A DNA stretch of 64,000 nucleotides from positions 9,448-73,447 of the forward strand of contig CASFOK010000007.1 in NCBI GenBank assembly GCA_949296475.1, in the 5' to 3' direction. Below are positions 55,226-64,000 of the stretch, piece after piece (position 1 is the stretch's first letter; each line of letters starts with the position of its first letter). Both the position numbers and the translations under genes were made by a program. Source of the stretch: an uncultured Pseudomonadota bacterium (lineage in GTDB: Bacteria; Pseudomonadota; Alphaproteobacteria; Rs-D84). The notes beneath the pieces were generated by a model. It made no database searches. It was not told the DNA's origin and saw only the letters and a list, made by a program, of their open reading frames with translations.

Positions 55226-55963
55226 TTATTCCGCAACAGTTTCTGTTTCGGTTGTTTCTGTTACTTGTTCCGTACCAGATTCAACTGCAGTTTCAGTAAC
55301 TTTTGTTGGAACTGGCAAATCTTTCTGTTCTTTTTTCACCGCATCAAAGACTAATACGAAAGTGCCGTTTGCACCTGGTACTGCGCCTTCTACGAAGATT
55401 AAGTTTTCTGCGTCGTCTGTACCAAATACTTTCAAGTTCTGTACTGTAACAGTTTCATTGCCCATTTGACCGGCCATCTTTTTACCTTTCAAAACACGAC
55501 CTGGCCATTCACGCATACCTGTACCACCAATAGAACGATGCGCTTTCAAAACACCGTGTGACGCTTCCTTACCACCGAAGTTATGGCGTTTCATTGCCCC
55601 TTGAAAGCCTTTACCCTTACTTGTCGCTTGTACATCAACGAATTGACCGGCAACGAAATGAGACGCAGACAACGCTGTACCTGCTGGGATAACGCAATCG
55701 TCAGAAACGCGGAATTCAACAACTTTGCGATATGGTTTAACCCCTGCTTTTTCAGCAGCAACCGCCTGCGGTTTTGCCACGTGTTTTGCTTTTGCTTCGC
55801 GCATACCTAAGATATTCGCGACATAACCATTTTTTTCCTGCGTACGATTTCCAATGACAGTACAATCCCCAACAGACAAAACCGTTACAGGATGCGCAAC
55901 ACCGCCATCATCATACAAACGCGTCATTCCTATTTTTGTTGTAATTAATCCGCTACGTTTCAT
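55226..55963 (-). CDS. rplC: 50S ribosomal protein L3 with acidic Thr/Glu-rich C-terminal extension
   Basis: MKRSGLITTKIGMTRLYDDGG... L3 core, plus the tail PVPTKVTETAVESGTEQVTETTETETVAE. Confidence 0.95.
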   Translation of the reverse strand: MKRSGLITTKIGMTRLYDDGGVAHPVTVLSVGDCTVIGNRTQEKNGYVANILGMREAKAKHVAKPQAVAAEKAGVKPYRKVVEFRVSDDCVIPAGTALSASHFVAGQFVDVQATSKGKGFQGAMKRHNFGGKEASHGVLKAHRSIGGTGMREWPGRVLKGKKMAGQMGNETVTVQNLKVFGTDDAENLIFVEGAVPGANGTFVLVFDAVKKEQKDLPVPTKVTETAVESGTEQVTETTETETVAE

Positions 55964-56034
55964 TTTTTTTGCCTTTTTCTTTTGTTAGTAGGTTAGTGCC
56001 TGTACACACTTTTTAGCAGCACTAACACAAACAA

Positions 56035-56346
56035 TTATAACTTAATTTTTACGTCAACACCGGACGCCAAATCCAACTTCATCAAAGCATCTACTGTCTG
56101 AGGGGTTGGATTAACAATATCTACGACCGCCTTATGATTGCGGATTTCAAATTGTTCACGCGATTTTTTATCAACGTGTGGTGAACGGTTTACAGTAAAT
56201 TTCTTAATCAACGTCGGCAAGCGAACGGGACCGACCACATCAGCGCCTGTGCGCTTTGCGGTTTTAACAATTTCTTCCACTGATTCCATCAAGACTCTGT
56301 GGTCAAACGCAGTCAATTTGATGCGAATTTTAGATGCTGGTACCAT
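56035..56346 (-). CDS. rpsJ: 30S ribosomal protein S10
   Basis: [40 protein letters not shown]. Start trimmed to the ATG at 56346. Confidence 0.95.
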   Translation of the reverse strand: MVPASKIRIKLTAFDHRVLMESVEEIVKTAKRTGADVVGPVRLPTLIKKFTVNRSPHVDKKSREQFEIRNHKAVVDIVNPTPQTVDALMKLDLASGVDVKIKL

Positions 56347-56423
56347 TTGTTCGTTTTCCTTATTGTTACCCGGGCCGGTAATCACTGGCGTTTCATCCAG
56401 TTACACCGACCCGCTTATTTTCA

Positions 56424-57611
56424 TTATTTAATTATTTTTGATACAACCCCTGCGCCAACTGTGCGTCCGCCTTCACGGATAGCAAAGCGACGACCTTCGT
56501 CCATAGCAATCGGTGCAATCAATTGCACTGTGATACGAACGTTATCGCCTGGCAAGACCATTTCTTTGTCTGCTGGCAAAGTAATTGTACCTGTTACGTC
56601 TGTCGTGCTGAAATAGAACTGTGGACGATAGTTAGAGAAGAATGCTGTATGACGGCCACCTTCTTCTTTCGTCAAGATATAAACTTCAGCTTCAAATTCT
56701 GTGTGTGGTGTAATAGAACCTGGTTTGCAGATAATCTGACCACGTTCTACATCTTCTTTCTTTGTACCACGCAACAACAAACCTACGTTATCACCGGCTT
56801 CACCCTGATCCAACAATTTACGGAACATTTCAACGCCTGTAACTGTTGTTTTCTGAGTTGGGCGTAAACCAACGATTTCGCATTCGTCGCCAACCTTAAT
56901 CGTACCAGATTCAATACGACCTGTTACCACCGTACCACGACCCGTGATAGAGAACACGTCTTCTATTGGCATCAAGAAAGGTTTATCAACTGGACGTTCT
57001 GGTAATGGGATGTATTCATCACACGCTTTCAACAAAGCATCAATGGATTCTTTACCCAAACCATCTTTTTTGTCTTCCAACGCCGAAATAGCAGAACCAC
57101 GAATGATTGGAGCGTTATCACCGTCAAATTCATTAGCAGACAACAATTCACGGATTTCCATTTCAACCAATTCCAACAATTCCGGGTCGTTTGCCAAATC
57201 GCACTTGTTCAAATAAACAACGATTTTTGGAATACCAACTTGACGTGCCAACAAAATGTGTTCGCGTGTCTGTGGCATAGGACCGTCAGTTGCTGCAACA
57301 ACCAAAATCGCACCGTCCATCTGTGCAGCACCGGTAATCATGTTTTTAACATAGTCCGCGTGCCCTGGGCAGTCAACGTGAGCATAGTGACGATTTTCTG
57401 TTTCATATTCTACGTGTGCGGTATTAATTGTTATACCACGTGCTTTTTCTTCTGGTGCATTATCAATCTGATCAACGCCCTTTGCTTGATCGGCACCAAC
57501 ACCATAGTAGTGAACAATAGCGGCTGTTAACGTTGTTTTACCATGGTCAACGTGACCAATAGTACCGATATTAACATGCGGCTTGGTTCTTACATATTTT
57601 TCTTTTGCCAT
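56424..57611 (-). CDS. tuf: Elongation factor Tu
   Basis: [34 protein letters not shown]-motifs. 395 aa. Confidence 0.98.
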   Translation of the reverse strand: MAKEKYVRTKPHVNIGTIGHVDHGKTTLTAAIVHYYGVGADQAKGVDQIDNAPEEKARGITINTAHVEYETENRHYAHVDCPGHADYVKNMITGAAQMDGAILVVAATDGPMPQTREHILLARQVGIPKIVVYLNKCDLANDPELLELVEMEIRELLSANEFDGDNAPIIRGSAISALEDKKDGLGKESIDALLKACDEYIPLPERPVDKPFLMPIEDVFSITGRGTVVTGRIESGTIKVGDECEIVGLRPTQKTTVTGVEMFRKLLDQGEAGDNVGLLLRGTKKEDVERGQIICKPGSITPHTEFEAEVYILTKEEGGRHTAFFSNYRPQFYFSTTDVTGTITLPADKEMVLPGDNVRITVQLIAPIAMDEGRRFAIREGGRTVGAGVVSKIIK

Positions 57612-57722
57612 AGTTTTCTCCTTAGGCTTGGCTGTTAATTTGATTTCTGAAATCTGACTTCCGATTCATACATCTGCATTCAATCATAAACCAGAAATCA
57701 AAAATCACAATCTTTTTTTAAT

Positions 57723-59804
57723 TTATTTTGTTAATTTCTTTATAACCTCATCTGCAACGTTCTGTGGAACTTCGTCATAGTGTGACAATTCCATATAAGG
57801 ATTTGCACGACCTTGTGACAAAGAACGCAACGTTTTTACGTACCCAAACAAGTTCGCCAATGGGACAAACGCAGAAATAACCTGATTACCAAACTGAGTT
57901 TCAATGCCGTTTATCTGACCACGACGACTGTTTAAGTCCCCGATGATGTCACCGACGTATTCTTCCGGCGTCGTGACCGAAAGTTTCATAATCGGTTCCA
58001 GCAATTTCGGCGATGCTTTTTTCATTGCTTCGCGGAAGCAAGCACGCGCCGCTATTTCAAAGCACAATACATTAGAGTCAACTTCGTGATATTTACCATC
58101 TACCAATGTTGCTTTGAAATCCACTGTTGGATAGCCAATCAGAACACCCGTCTGTTGCGCTATCTTCAAACCTTTTTCTACGCCGGGGATGTATTCTTTT
58201 GGAATCGCCCCACCAACAATCTTGTTTTCAAATTCATAGCCCTTGCCAGGTTCCAAAGGTTCAAATTCAATCTTTACCTGCGCATATTGACCAGAACCAC
58301 CAGACTGTTTCTTGTGTGTATATTCTTCTGTTACAGGTTTACGGAACGTTTCACGATATGCAATACGTGGTTCGCCAACATTAACGTCAACCTTGAATTC
58401 ACGTAACAAACGATCAACCAGAATTTCCAAGTGCAATTCGCCAACACCCGCCAAAATCGTTTGACCAGATTCTTCGTCAACAGATACACGGAACGAAGGG
58501 TCTTCTTTTGCCAGTGCTTGTAAACCCAAAGACATCTTTTCAATATCCGCCTTGGTTTTCGGTTCAACCGCGATACTGATAACAGGTTCTGGAACGTGTA
58601 TGTTTTCCAAGATAATCGGATTCGCTTCGTCACACAAAGTATCACCAGTAATCGTTTCTTTCATACCAACCAAAGTAACGATATCACCAGCAGACGCTTC
58701 TTTGATTTCTTCACGTTGATTAGAATGCATTAACAACATACGACCAACGCGTTCACGTTTGTCACGATTAGAATTGTAAATATAAGAACCAGATGACAGT
58801 TTACCAGAATAAATACGAATAAACATCAAGTTACCAACAAACGGATCGTTCGCAACCTTAAACGCCAAAGCACTGAAAGGTTCTTTTGGATCTGCATGAC
58901 GTTCAGCAACTGTTTCGCCATCCATTTTTGTACCCTTGATAGCAGGTATATCCAGTGGCGATGGTAAATAATCAACAATTGCATCCAACAACGGCTGAAC
59001 ACCTTTGTTTTTAAATGCGGTACCACACAAAACAGGATTAAAGTTTTGATTAATGGTACCCTTGCGAATCAATTGTTTGATAGTTGCAACATCAGGTTTT
59101 TTACCTTCCATGTATGCTTCCATAATTTCGTCATCTAATGTAACAACTTCTTCAATCAACTTATTATGCAGTTCTTCTGCTTTTTCTTTTAAGTCTTCTG
59201 GAATTTCAATAACTTGAGGTTCTTTACCCAAATCATCTTCCCAAACGATACCGCGCATTTCGATAACATCAACTACACCACGGAAATCAGATTCTGCGCC
59301 AATCGGGAAATTAACCACCAACGGATTTGCCCCCAAACGTTCACGAATCATATCAACGCAACGGAAGAAATTTCCACCAATACGATCCATTTTGTTAATA
59401 AAGCAAATACGTGGAACATTATAACGGTCCGCCTGACGCCATACTGTTTCAGTTTGTGGCTGTACACCAGACACAGATTCAAAAACAGCAACCGCACCGT
59501 CCAAAACGCGCAAGGAACGTTCTACTTCCATAGTAAAGTCAACGTGCCCTGGGGTATCAATCAAATTAATACGATGATCGCGCCAGAAACAAGTAGTTGC
59601 CGCAGATGTAATTGTAATACCACGTTCTTGTTCTTGTTCCATCCAGTCCATAGTGGCGCCACCGTCGTGAACCTCGCCGATTTTATATGTTTTACCGGTA
59701 TAGAAAAGAATACGTTCTGATGTAGTTGTTTTACCTGCGTCAATATGGGCCATAATACCGATATTGCGATACATATTTAAAGGTGCGGTTTTTCCGACTG
59801 ACAT
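57723..59804 (-). CDS. fusA: Elongation factor G
   Basis: [39 protein letters not shown]. 693 aa. Confidence 0.98.
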   Translation of the reverse strand: MSVGKTAPLNMYRNIGIMAHIDAGKTTTSERILFYTGKTYKIGEVHDGGATMDWMEQEQERGITITSAATTCFWRDHRINLIDTPGHVDFTMEVERSLRVLDGAVAVFESVSGVQPQTETVWRQADRYNVPRICFINKMDRIGGNFFRCVDMIRERLGANPLVVNFPIGAESDFRGVVDVIEMRGIVWEDDLGKEPQVIEIPEDLKEKAEELHNKLIEEVVTLDDEIMEAYMEGKKPDVATIKQLIRKGTINQNFNPVLCGTAFKNKGVQPLLDAIVDYLPSPLDIPAIKGTKMDGETVAERHADPKEPFSALAFKVANDPFVGNLMFIRIYSGKLSSGSYIYNSNRDKRERVGRMLLMHSNQREEIKEASAGDIVTLVGMKETITGDTLCDEANPIILENIHVPEPVISIAVEPKTKADIEKMSLGLQALAKEDPSFRVSVDEESGQTILAGVGELHLEILVDRLLREFKVDVNVGEPRIAYRETFRKPVTEEYTHKKQSGGSGQYAQVKIEFEPLEPGKGYEFENKIVGGAIPKEYIPGVEKGLKIAQQTGVLIGYPTVDFKATLVDGKYHEVDSNVLCFEIAARACFREAMKKASPKLLEPIMKLSVTTPEEYVGDIIGDLNSRRGQINGIETQFGNQVISAFVPLANLFGYVKTLRSLSQGRANPYMELSHYDEVPQNVADEVIKKLTK

Positions 59805-59865
59805 ATTATTCTTTCCTTATTTTTTCATTGTTAGTATGTTTGATTTCATATATTCCATTACTATA

Positions 59866-60339
59866 TTACCAACGGAAATGAGCAAACGCTTTATTTGCCT
59901 CTGCCATTTTATGAGTATCAATTTTCTTTTTGAACGCGCCACCTTGACCGTTCAAAGCGTCACGTAATTCACCAAACAACCTATCTTCCATTGAACGTTC
60001 ACCGCGTTTACGCGCGAACATAACCAACCAACGCAAAGCCAATGTCTGTTGACGTTCTGGTCTTACTTCAACAGGAACCTGATACGTAGCACCACCAACA
60101 CGACGACCTTTTACTTCAACCGAAGGTTTTAACGCATCAACTGCCTCTAAGAAAGCGGCCAATTCATTGCCGTCTTTTGCTATCTTTTTCAATTTATCTA
60201 ATGCACCATAAACGATATTTTCGGCAACCTCTTTTTTGCCGTCCCACATAACAACATTAATACATTTTGCAACAACCAGATTATTATATTTGGAATCTGG
60301 TAAGATTTCACGTTTTGCTGCGCTTTTACGTCTTGACAT
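59866..60339 (-). CDS. rpsG: 30S ribosomal protein S7
   Basis: [20 protein letters not shown]...[17 protein letters not shown]...AHFRW. Confidence 0.97.
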   Translation of the reverse strand: MSRRKSAAKREILPDSKYNNLVVAKCINVVMWDGKKEVAENIVYGALDKLKKIAKDGNELAAFLEAVDALKPSVEVKGRRVGGATYQVPVEVRPERQQTLALRWLVMFARKRGERSMEDRLFGELRDALNGQGGAFKKKIDTHKMAEANKAFAHFRW

Positions 60340-60423
60340 TTTACTTCCTTTTTTATTTCTTCATCTGGGACAAACCCAAATTACTCACACAGAACTAACT
60401 GCGTGTTTATGTTTATACTAAGC

Positions 60424-60795
60424 TTATTTACCAGCCTTTGCACCATACAAAGAACGTCCCTGCTTTCTGCTTTCAACACCCTTGGTATCCAATACGCCGC
60501 GAATGATGTGATACTTAACACCCGGCAAGTCCTTTACACGACCACCACGAATCATAACAACGCTGTGTTCTTGTAAGTTGTGACCTTCGCCTGGAATATA
60601 AGCAGTAACTTCACGACCATTAGCCAATTTAACACGGGCAACCTTACGTTGCGCAGAGTTAGGTTTCTTAGGCGTGGTTGTGTACACACGTGTGCAAACA
60701 CCACGTTTTTGCGGACACGCCACCATATCGGGCGCAGTACTTTTAACAGCGACCTTTTTACGTGGTTTCCGAATCAATTGATTTACTGTTGGCAT
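60424..60795 (-). CDS. rpsL: 30S ribosomal protein S12
   Basis: [14 protein letters not shown]...[14 protein letters not shown]...[14 protein letters not shown]. Confidence 0.98.
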   Translation of the reverse strand: MPTVNQLIRKPRKKVAVKSTAPDMVACPQKRGVCTRVYTTTPKKPNSAQRKVARVKLANGREVTAYIPGEGHNLQEHSVVMIRGGRVKDLPGVKYHIIRGVLDTKGVESRKQGRSLYGAKAGK

Positions 60796-60942
60796 TCAAA
60801 ATCTCTTTGTTTTTTGCTACTTTTTTTCTGCACAAACCCGTCTATCAGACTTATTTCAACGGCATGACCGCGATTATAAATCTGTCAAACAGTGCAGATT
60901 TCTGTGTTTTTTTCTTTCCTTGTTTACACGGAAAGCGAACAT

Positions 60943-60971
60943 ACTATAACCACGAACCCCAACATTGTCAA
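60943..60971 (-). promoter_or_regulatory. Sigma70-type promoter of the str/ribosomal superoperon
   Basis: On the minus strand: TTGACA (60966-60971), 17-nt spacer, TATAGT (60943-60948). It lies about 150 nt upstream of rpsL. The leader contains an AAATCTG/CAGATTT hairpin. Confidence 0.55.
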
Positions 60972-61121
60972 GAAAAATATGGGATTTTTTATCAAATAAG
61001 TGACTTGAAAACCTTGTAAATCTGGGAATAAAAACACAACCAATAATGACAACTTTTTTATCAGTACAAAAACCAAACTAGACAAACAAAAAATTCGGAC
61101 AATACAGTTCAAACAAACCAA

Positions 61122-61898
61122 TTAAAAGACCACGGAAAATTCGGCACCAATCTTCCAATTATCGTCCGGTTTTATATCGTTATGTTCGCTGTTTTTTGTT
61201 TTAAAGTGATATTTCACATAAGGGTGCACTGACGCATTTCGCGACATATTATATACAACCCCCAGTTTTATATCTCTATCATACAAAGTTACTGGTTCTT
61301 TTATTTCTTTAAAGGCGAAATTCACCTCTGTTTTCGCTGCAATAGCATCTGAAAAATAATACATCGCCTCTAAAGTCAAAGCGGTATTCCAGAAATTTTT
61401 CGGTTCTGCAAAAACGAACTGACCTGTTACTTTTGCCGCCCATTGAAACGCATCGCCCGCTATACCATGTATACGAACGCCGGCATCAAAGTTATTATTA
61501 CCAATTCGCTTGTCTGTTTGCGCATCTTTTGTCCATGCGATTCCATAATCAGCGGACAAATCTAGTTTAAAGCCGTTATGCGTCAAAACTTTATAACTTA
61601 AACCCACCTGAGAATCTGAATAATCATTTCCAGTGCTAAAAGAAACGGTCCAATCGCTTAAGAAAGTATAATCTAACTCAAACCCCAGTTCTTCTATGGT
61701 ACCAGATGAAAAATCATCACGCGCAGTACCTTCTTTATTCATACCAGTTTTAAAAGCCGCACCGAACGTTGCTGAAAATTCACCGTCTTCTGTTAAACGA
61801 CTGACATCCGATATCCCCCCTGCCCTGGCGCCACCATGCAAAAAAATCAAAGGAAAGACTAATAAGAAGATTAAATTATTTTTTACCATATCCGCCAA
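61122..61898 (-). CDS. Outer-membrane beta-barrel protein (hypothetical)
   Basis: Signal-like N-terminus. Alternating hydrophobic beta-strand pattern. Terminal ...IGAEFSVVF with C-terminal Phe. The start may be the ATG at 61889. Confidence 0.65.
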   Translation of the reverse strand: MADMVKNNLIFLLVFPLIFLHGGARAGGISDVSRLTEDGEFSATFGAAFKTGMNKEGTARDDFSSGTIEELGFELDYTFLSDWTVSFSTGNDYSDSQVGLSYKVLTHNGFKLDLSADYGIAWTKDAQTDKRIGNNNFDAGVRIHGIAGDAFQWAAKVTGQFVFAEPKNFWNTALTLEAMYYFSDAIAAKTEVNFAFKEIKEPVTLYDRDIKLGVVYNMSRNASVHPYVKYHFKTKNSEHNDIKPDDNWKIGAEFSVVF

Positions 61899-61963
61899 CC
61901 GTTTTTACACGATATATATTGACATACCAGCGCATAAAATTTCTACAGGAAGCAAATCACAAC

Positions 61964-62497
61964 CTAAAACAGCGTTCTGAAAGACAGCCTAAAACCATTC
62001 GTATCTGCTGATAAATTTACTTTTGTATCATAAGAATCAACAACGCCCCATGTCACTATTGCGCTTACCGCGGCACCAGCCAGAACGTCATGCCAATAAT
62101 GCGCCCTGACATGCACTCTTGTCCAACCCGTCAATACAGCCATAGCATAAGGAACAACGGCAGACCGCCAACCGTACCTTTTATGAACGAACATCGCACT
62201 AGAGAAAGCGCCCGCAGAATGCCCACTGGGGAAAGATAAATTATCACTACCATTTGGTCTTTCTTCACGGATTGTTCTTTTAAGAATTTCTGTAACTCCT
62301 TGTGACAAGACGACAGATTCTGCAAATTGTACTGTACCAATAAAATCTTTTGCTTGTACCGTCATCCCCAGCGCATATCCAGCCCCCATTGTCATCAATA
62401 AGTCCCCTAATTTATTTGGGTCTGTAAAAGGTCCAGCAACAGCAAATTTTGAACCAAACAATACCGCAATAAACGATATACAAACTTTTTTATTCAT
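61964..62497 (-). CDS. PAP2-family phosphatase with signal peptide
   Basis: The three PAP2 motifs are present: KRTIREERP, FPSGHS and TRVHVRAHYWHDV. Start chosen at MNKKVCISFIAVLF (ATG 62495-62497), after an AAAAGGGAAAAA Shine-Dalgarno. The 75 upstream codons of the track ORF overlie a structured leader. Confidence 0.8.
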   Translation of the reverse strand: MNKKVCISFIAVLFGSKFAVAGPFTDPNKLGDLLMTMGAGYALGMTVQAKDFIGTVQFAESVVLSQGVTEILKRTIREERPNGSDNLSFPSGHSAGAFSSAMFVHKRYGWRSAVVPYAMAVLTGWTRVHVRAHYWHDVLAGAAVSAIVTWGVVDSYDTKVNLSADTNGFRLSFRTLF

Positions 62498-62530
62498 TCT
62501 GTTTTTCCCTTTTTCTGCCAAAAAACGCAG

Positions 62531-62701
62531 CAAGAAAAACCACCAACAAAATTGGTGGTCGGGAGTTGAACAGTCAAATATACGATGACCTTGTTGCCTT
62601 CGGAATAAGTACCTATTGTATAGCAACAACATCCCGACCAGAATCGGGACATAAGTCAGTTCGTTTAGTATATTCGGGTGTTCAAGCCCTTCCTTACTAA
62701 C
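62531..62701 (-). promoter_or_regulatory. Structured 5' leader with intrinsic terminator and competing antiterminator (candidate riboswitch or attenuator) upstream of the PAP2 gene
   Basis: Coordinates are on the plus strand; sequences are read on the minus strand. Terminator ACCACCAA-TTTTG-TTGGTGGT plus TTTTT lies at 62535-62559. TGGTCGGGA (62632-62640) can pair locally with TCCCGA, or with TCCCGACCA (62556-64), which overlaps the terminator stem. The loop CTTGAACA of the GGG/CCC hairpin (62676-89) is complementary to TGTTCAA (62566-72). Confidence 0.45.
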
Positions 62702-62782
62702 CATTGTCTTTATAAAGAACATCTAAACCCACATCTAGATGCACTTTTATATAATAGCAAGTCAGTAAACTTTGTCTATAAA

Positions 62783-62810
62783 AATAATCCGACCAAACGG
62801 CCGGATTATT
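62783..62810 (-). terminator. Rho-independent terminator after the small OMP gene
   Basis: 12-bp stem with one mismatch, AATAATCCGACC/GGCCGGATTATT, followed on the minus strand by TTTTAT. Confidence 0.6.
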
Positions 62811-62832
62811 GTCTTTTTTGCTGTCGCATAAC

Positions 62833-63417
62833 TTAGAAGTTATACAAGAACCCAATCTGGAAAGCACCGGTATTGGCAACGTTTGAAGAATCTACGTTAA
62901 AGCCAAAAGACCAGTCTTCTGGTACATCCAAATCTTTGTTTTCAAAGTTATAACCAGCATACACACCCATAAAGTTCAGGTTAGCATACAATGTAAATGT
63001 TTCTGATATATCGTATGTTATCATTGGTACGACAGACGCTGACAAACCAATCGTTGTTTCGCCGTCGCGTACATCTACATCAGAAAACAGTGTTTGGAAG
63101 TTTGCACCAACCGAGGCTTTTGCCAACAGTTTAAAATCGCCAAACTGTGCTATTTTATAACGCGTGAATCCGTTAACGCCGTAATTAAACACATCATCGT
63201 TATGTTCATCATCATTATAAGTATAACCCAGATTAATACCCATACCAAAATCCCAGTTATCGTTATATTTCCAGCCGACTTCTGGTGCAACATTTACAAT
63301 ATTAGTATGTGTATCATCCATTGATAAGCCAGCAGAGCCGCCGACAAAGTAATTTGCCGCTTGCGCACTGGACACAGCAAAAACCGCCAACACAGAAGTT
63401 AAAACTATTTTTTTCAT
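62833..63417 (-). CDS. Small 8-stranded-type outer-membrane beta-barrel protein
   Basis: Signal MKKIVLTSVLAVFAVSSAQA. Alternating aromatic/hydrophobic strands. The C-terminus reads ...AFQIGFLYNF. Confidence 0.75.
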   Translation of the reverse strand: MKKIVLTSVLAVFAVSSAQAANYFVGGSAGLSMDDTHTNIVNVAPEVGWKYNDNWDFGMGINLGYTYNDDEHNDDVFNYGVNGFTRYKIAQFGDFKLLAKASVGANFQTLFSDVDVRDGETTIGLSASVVPMITYDISETFTLYANLNFMGVYAGYNFENKDLDVPEDWSFGFNVDSSNVANTGAFQIGFLYNF

Positions 63418-63675
63418 TTTCCATCCTTATGGTTTCTTTTTTTCCTAACTAGTTTTTATGCTAGTTATTACTATTTTAATCTGAAAACAAACGGATACGC
63501 AAGATTAAAGATTTTTGCAAAAATACAAAAAATATGATATGCTGTGGCAGTTATCCGAATCGGATACAAATCCTAGCAAGTTATTGAAAGTGTTGATTTC
63601 TTTGGCGTTCGCATTCTAACATAAGCGAATCGGTCTTAAAAAAAATTATTATAAAATATAATGAATGTCGTTTTT

Positions 63676-64000
63676 TTATTTTTTATTTCTATTTTTTTTA
63701 ATTGCGCGCCAGTCAGCGTGGTTTTTTAAATGTTCTTCATAAGACTTTGCGAAATTATGTCCGCCCTGTCCATCCGCAACAAAAAACAAGTAATTTGTGT
63801 CTGCCGGTTGTAACACAGCATATATCGCATCAATACCAACATTAGCAATGGGGGCCGGCGGTAATCCATAATGTACATAAGTATTATAAGGACTATCTAT
63901 TTTTAAATTTTCACGCAACAAAGGCGCCCCTTGCATATCACCAAGTTTATCTGTCAAAGCATATACAACCGTTGGATCCGCTTGCAATCGCATATTTTGT
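63676..64000 (-). CDS. mltG: Endolytic murein transglycosylase MltG/YceG (C-terminal part; 5' end beyond window)
   Basis: LQADPTVVYAL...SPYNTYVHYGLPPAPIANVGIDAIYAVLQPADTNYLFFVADGQGGHNFAKSYEEH matches the YceG catalytic region. The frame stays open to the window edge. Confidence 0.85.
   Translation of the reverse strand, partial: QNMRLQADPTVVYALTDKLGDMQGAPLLRENLKIDSPYNTYVHYGLPPAPIANVGIDAIYAVLQPADTNYLFFVADGQGGHNFAKSYEEHLKNHADWRAIKKNRNKK

Noticed and set aside
55195-55236. Longer N-termini offered by the ORF track for rplD, rpsJ, rplO, rpsF, ygiW, DUF1015, SIMPL, P1 and P9
   Set aside because: Internal ATGs match the conserved protein N-termini or signal peptides and have better Shine-Dalgarno spacing. 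The long forms would overlap upstream genes or repeats.
62551-62580. Minus-strand tRNA- or tmRNA-like 3' end (…GTTCAACTCCCGACCACCA)
   Set aside because: It superficially resembles a T-loop plus ACCA tail. However, no complementary T-stem or 5' acceptor strand can be placed, and the ACCACCAA is the 5' arm of a terminator hairpin. It is better explained as part of the PAP2 leader.
62498-62722. 75-codon N-terminal extension of the PAP2 ORF in the track
   Set aside because: The internal start MNKKVCISFIAVLF gives a proper signal peptide with a Shine-Dalgarno. The upstream part overlaps an intrinsic terminator and stem-loops, and its translation (…FDCSTPDHQFCWWFFLLRF…) looks non-protein-like.

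Overview
This is an AT-rich chromosomal segment from a diderm (Gram-negative) bacterium. About a third of it (41.3-60.8 kb, minus strand) is one contiguous str-S10-spc-alpha ribosomal superoperon: rpsL-rpsG-fusA-tuf-rpsJ...rplO-secY-rpsM-rpsK-rpoA-rplQ. It lacks rpsD, adk, map, infA and rpmJ. A second ribosomal cluster, rpsF-rpsR-rplI, lies at the left edge. Gene order is alphaproteobacterium-like, possibly from a host-associated lineage, but that is inference only. Other housekeeping genes are infA, tRNA-Gln(CUG), tpiA, grpE, a PpiD-like chaperone, an MsbA-like ABC exporter, a SIMPL protein, a secreted Ntn (choloylglycine-type) hydrolase, DUF1015, a PAP2 phosphatase, two small beta-barrel OMPs and a partial mltG. 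The standout content is two clusters (3.6-15.2 kb and 24.3-40.3 kb) of very large Sec-signal-bearing, cysteine-rich, coiled-coil proteins that I cannot assign to any characterised family. Five share an N-terminal head motif C-x3-Y-x2-C-M-D-x-F-C-x(7-8)-C-x-C-S or a degenerate form of it. They also have Arg/Ser/Thr-rich linkers and long collinear arrays of paired cysteines, and several carry glycine-zipper segments. They sit beside an OmpA-like peptidoglycan-anchor protein, a Pmp-repeat autotransporter and an ankyrin-bearing autotransporter-like protein. I interpret this as a candidate disulfide-cross-linked envelope or surface system. Smaller oddities are listed too. The alpha operon is split by an inserted divergent Cys-rich gene with its own promoter and a bidirectional terminator. 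Repeated hairpin elements occupy ribosomal-operon spacers. The tRNA-Gln 3' end and terminator are duplicated. A structured terminator/antiterminator leader precedes the PAP2 gene. An orphan MotA/MotB-like stator pair is present. I saw no CRISPR array, rRNA, transposase or integrase.
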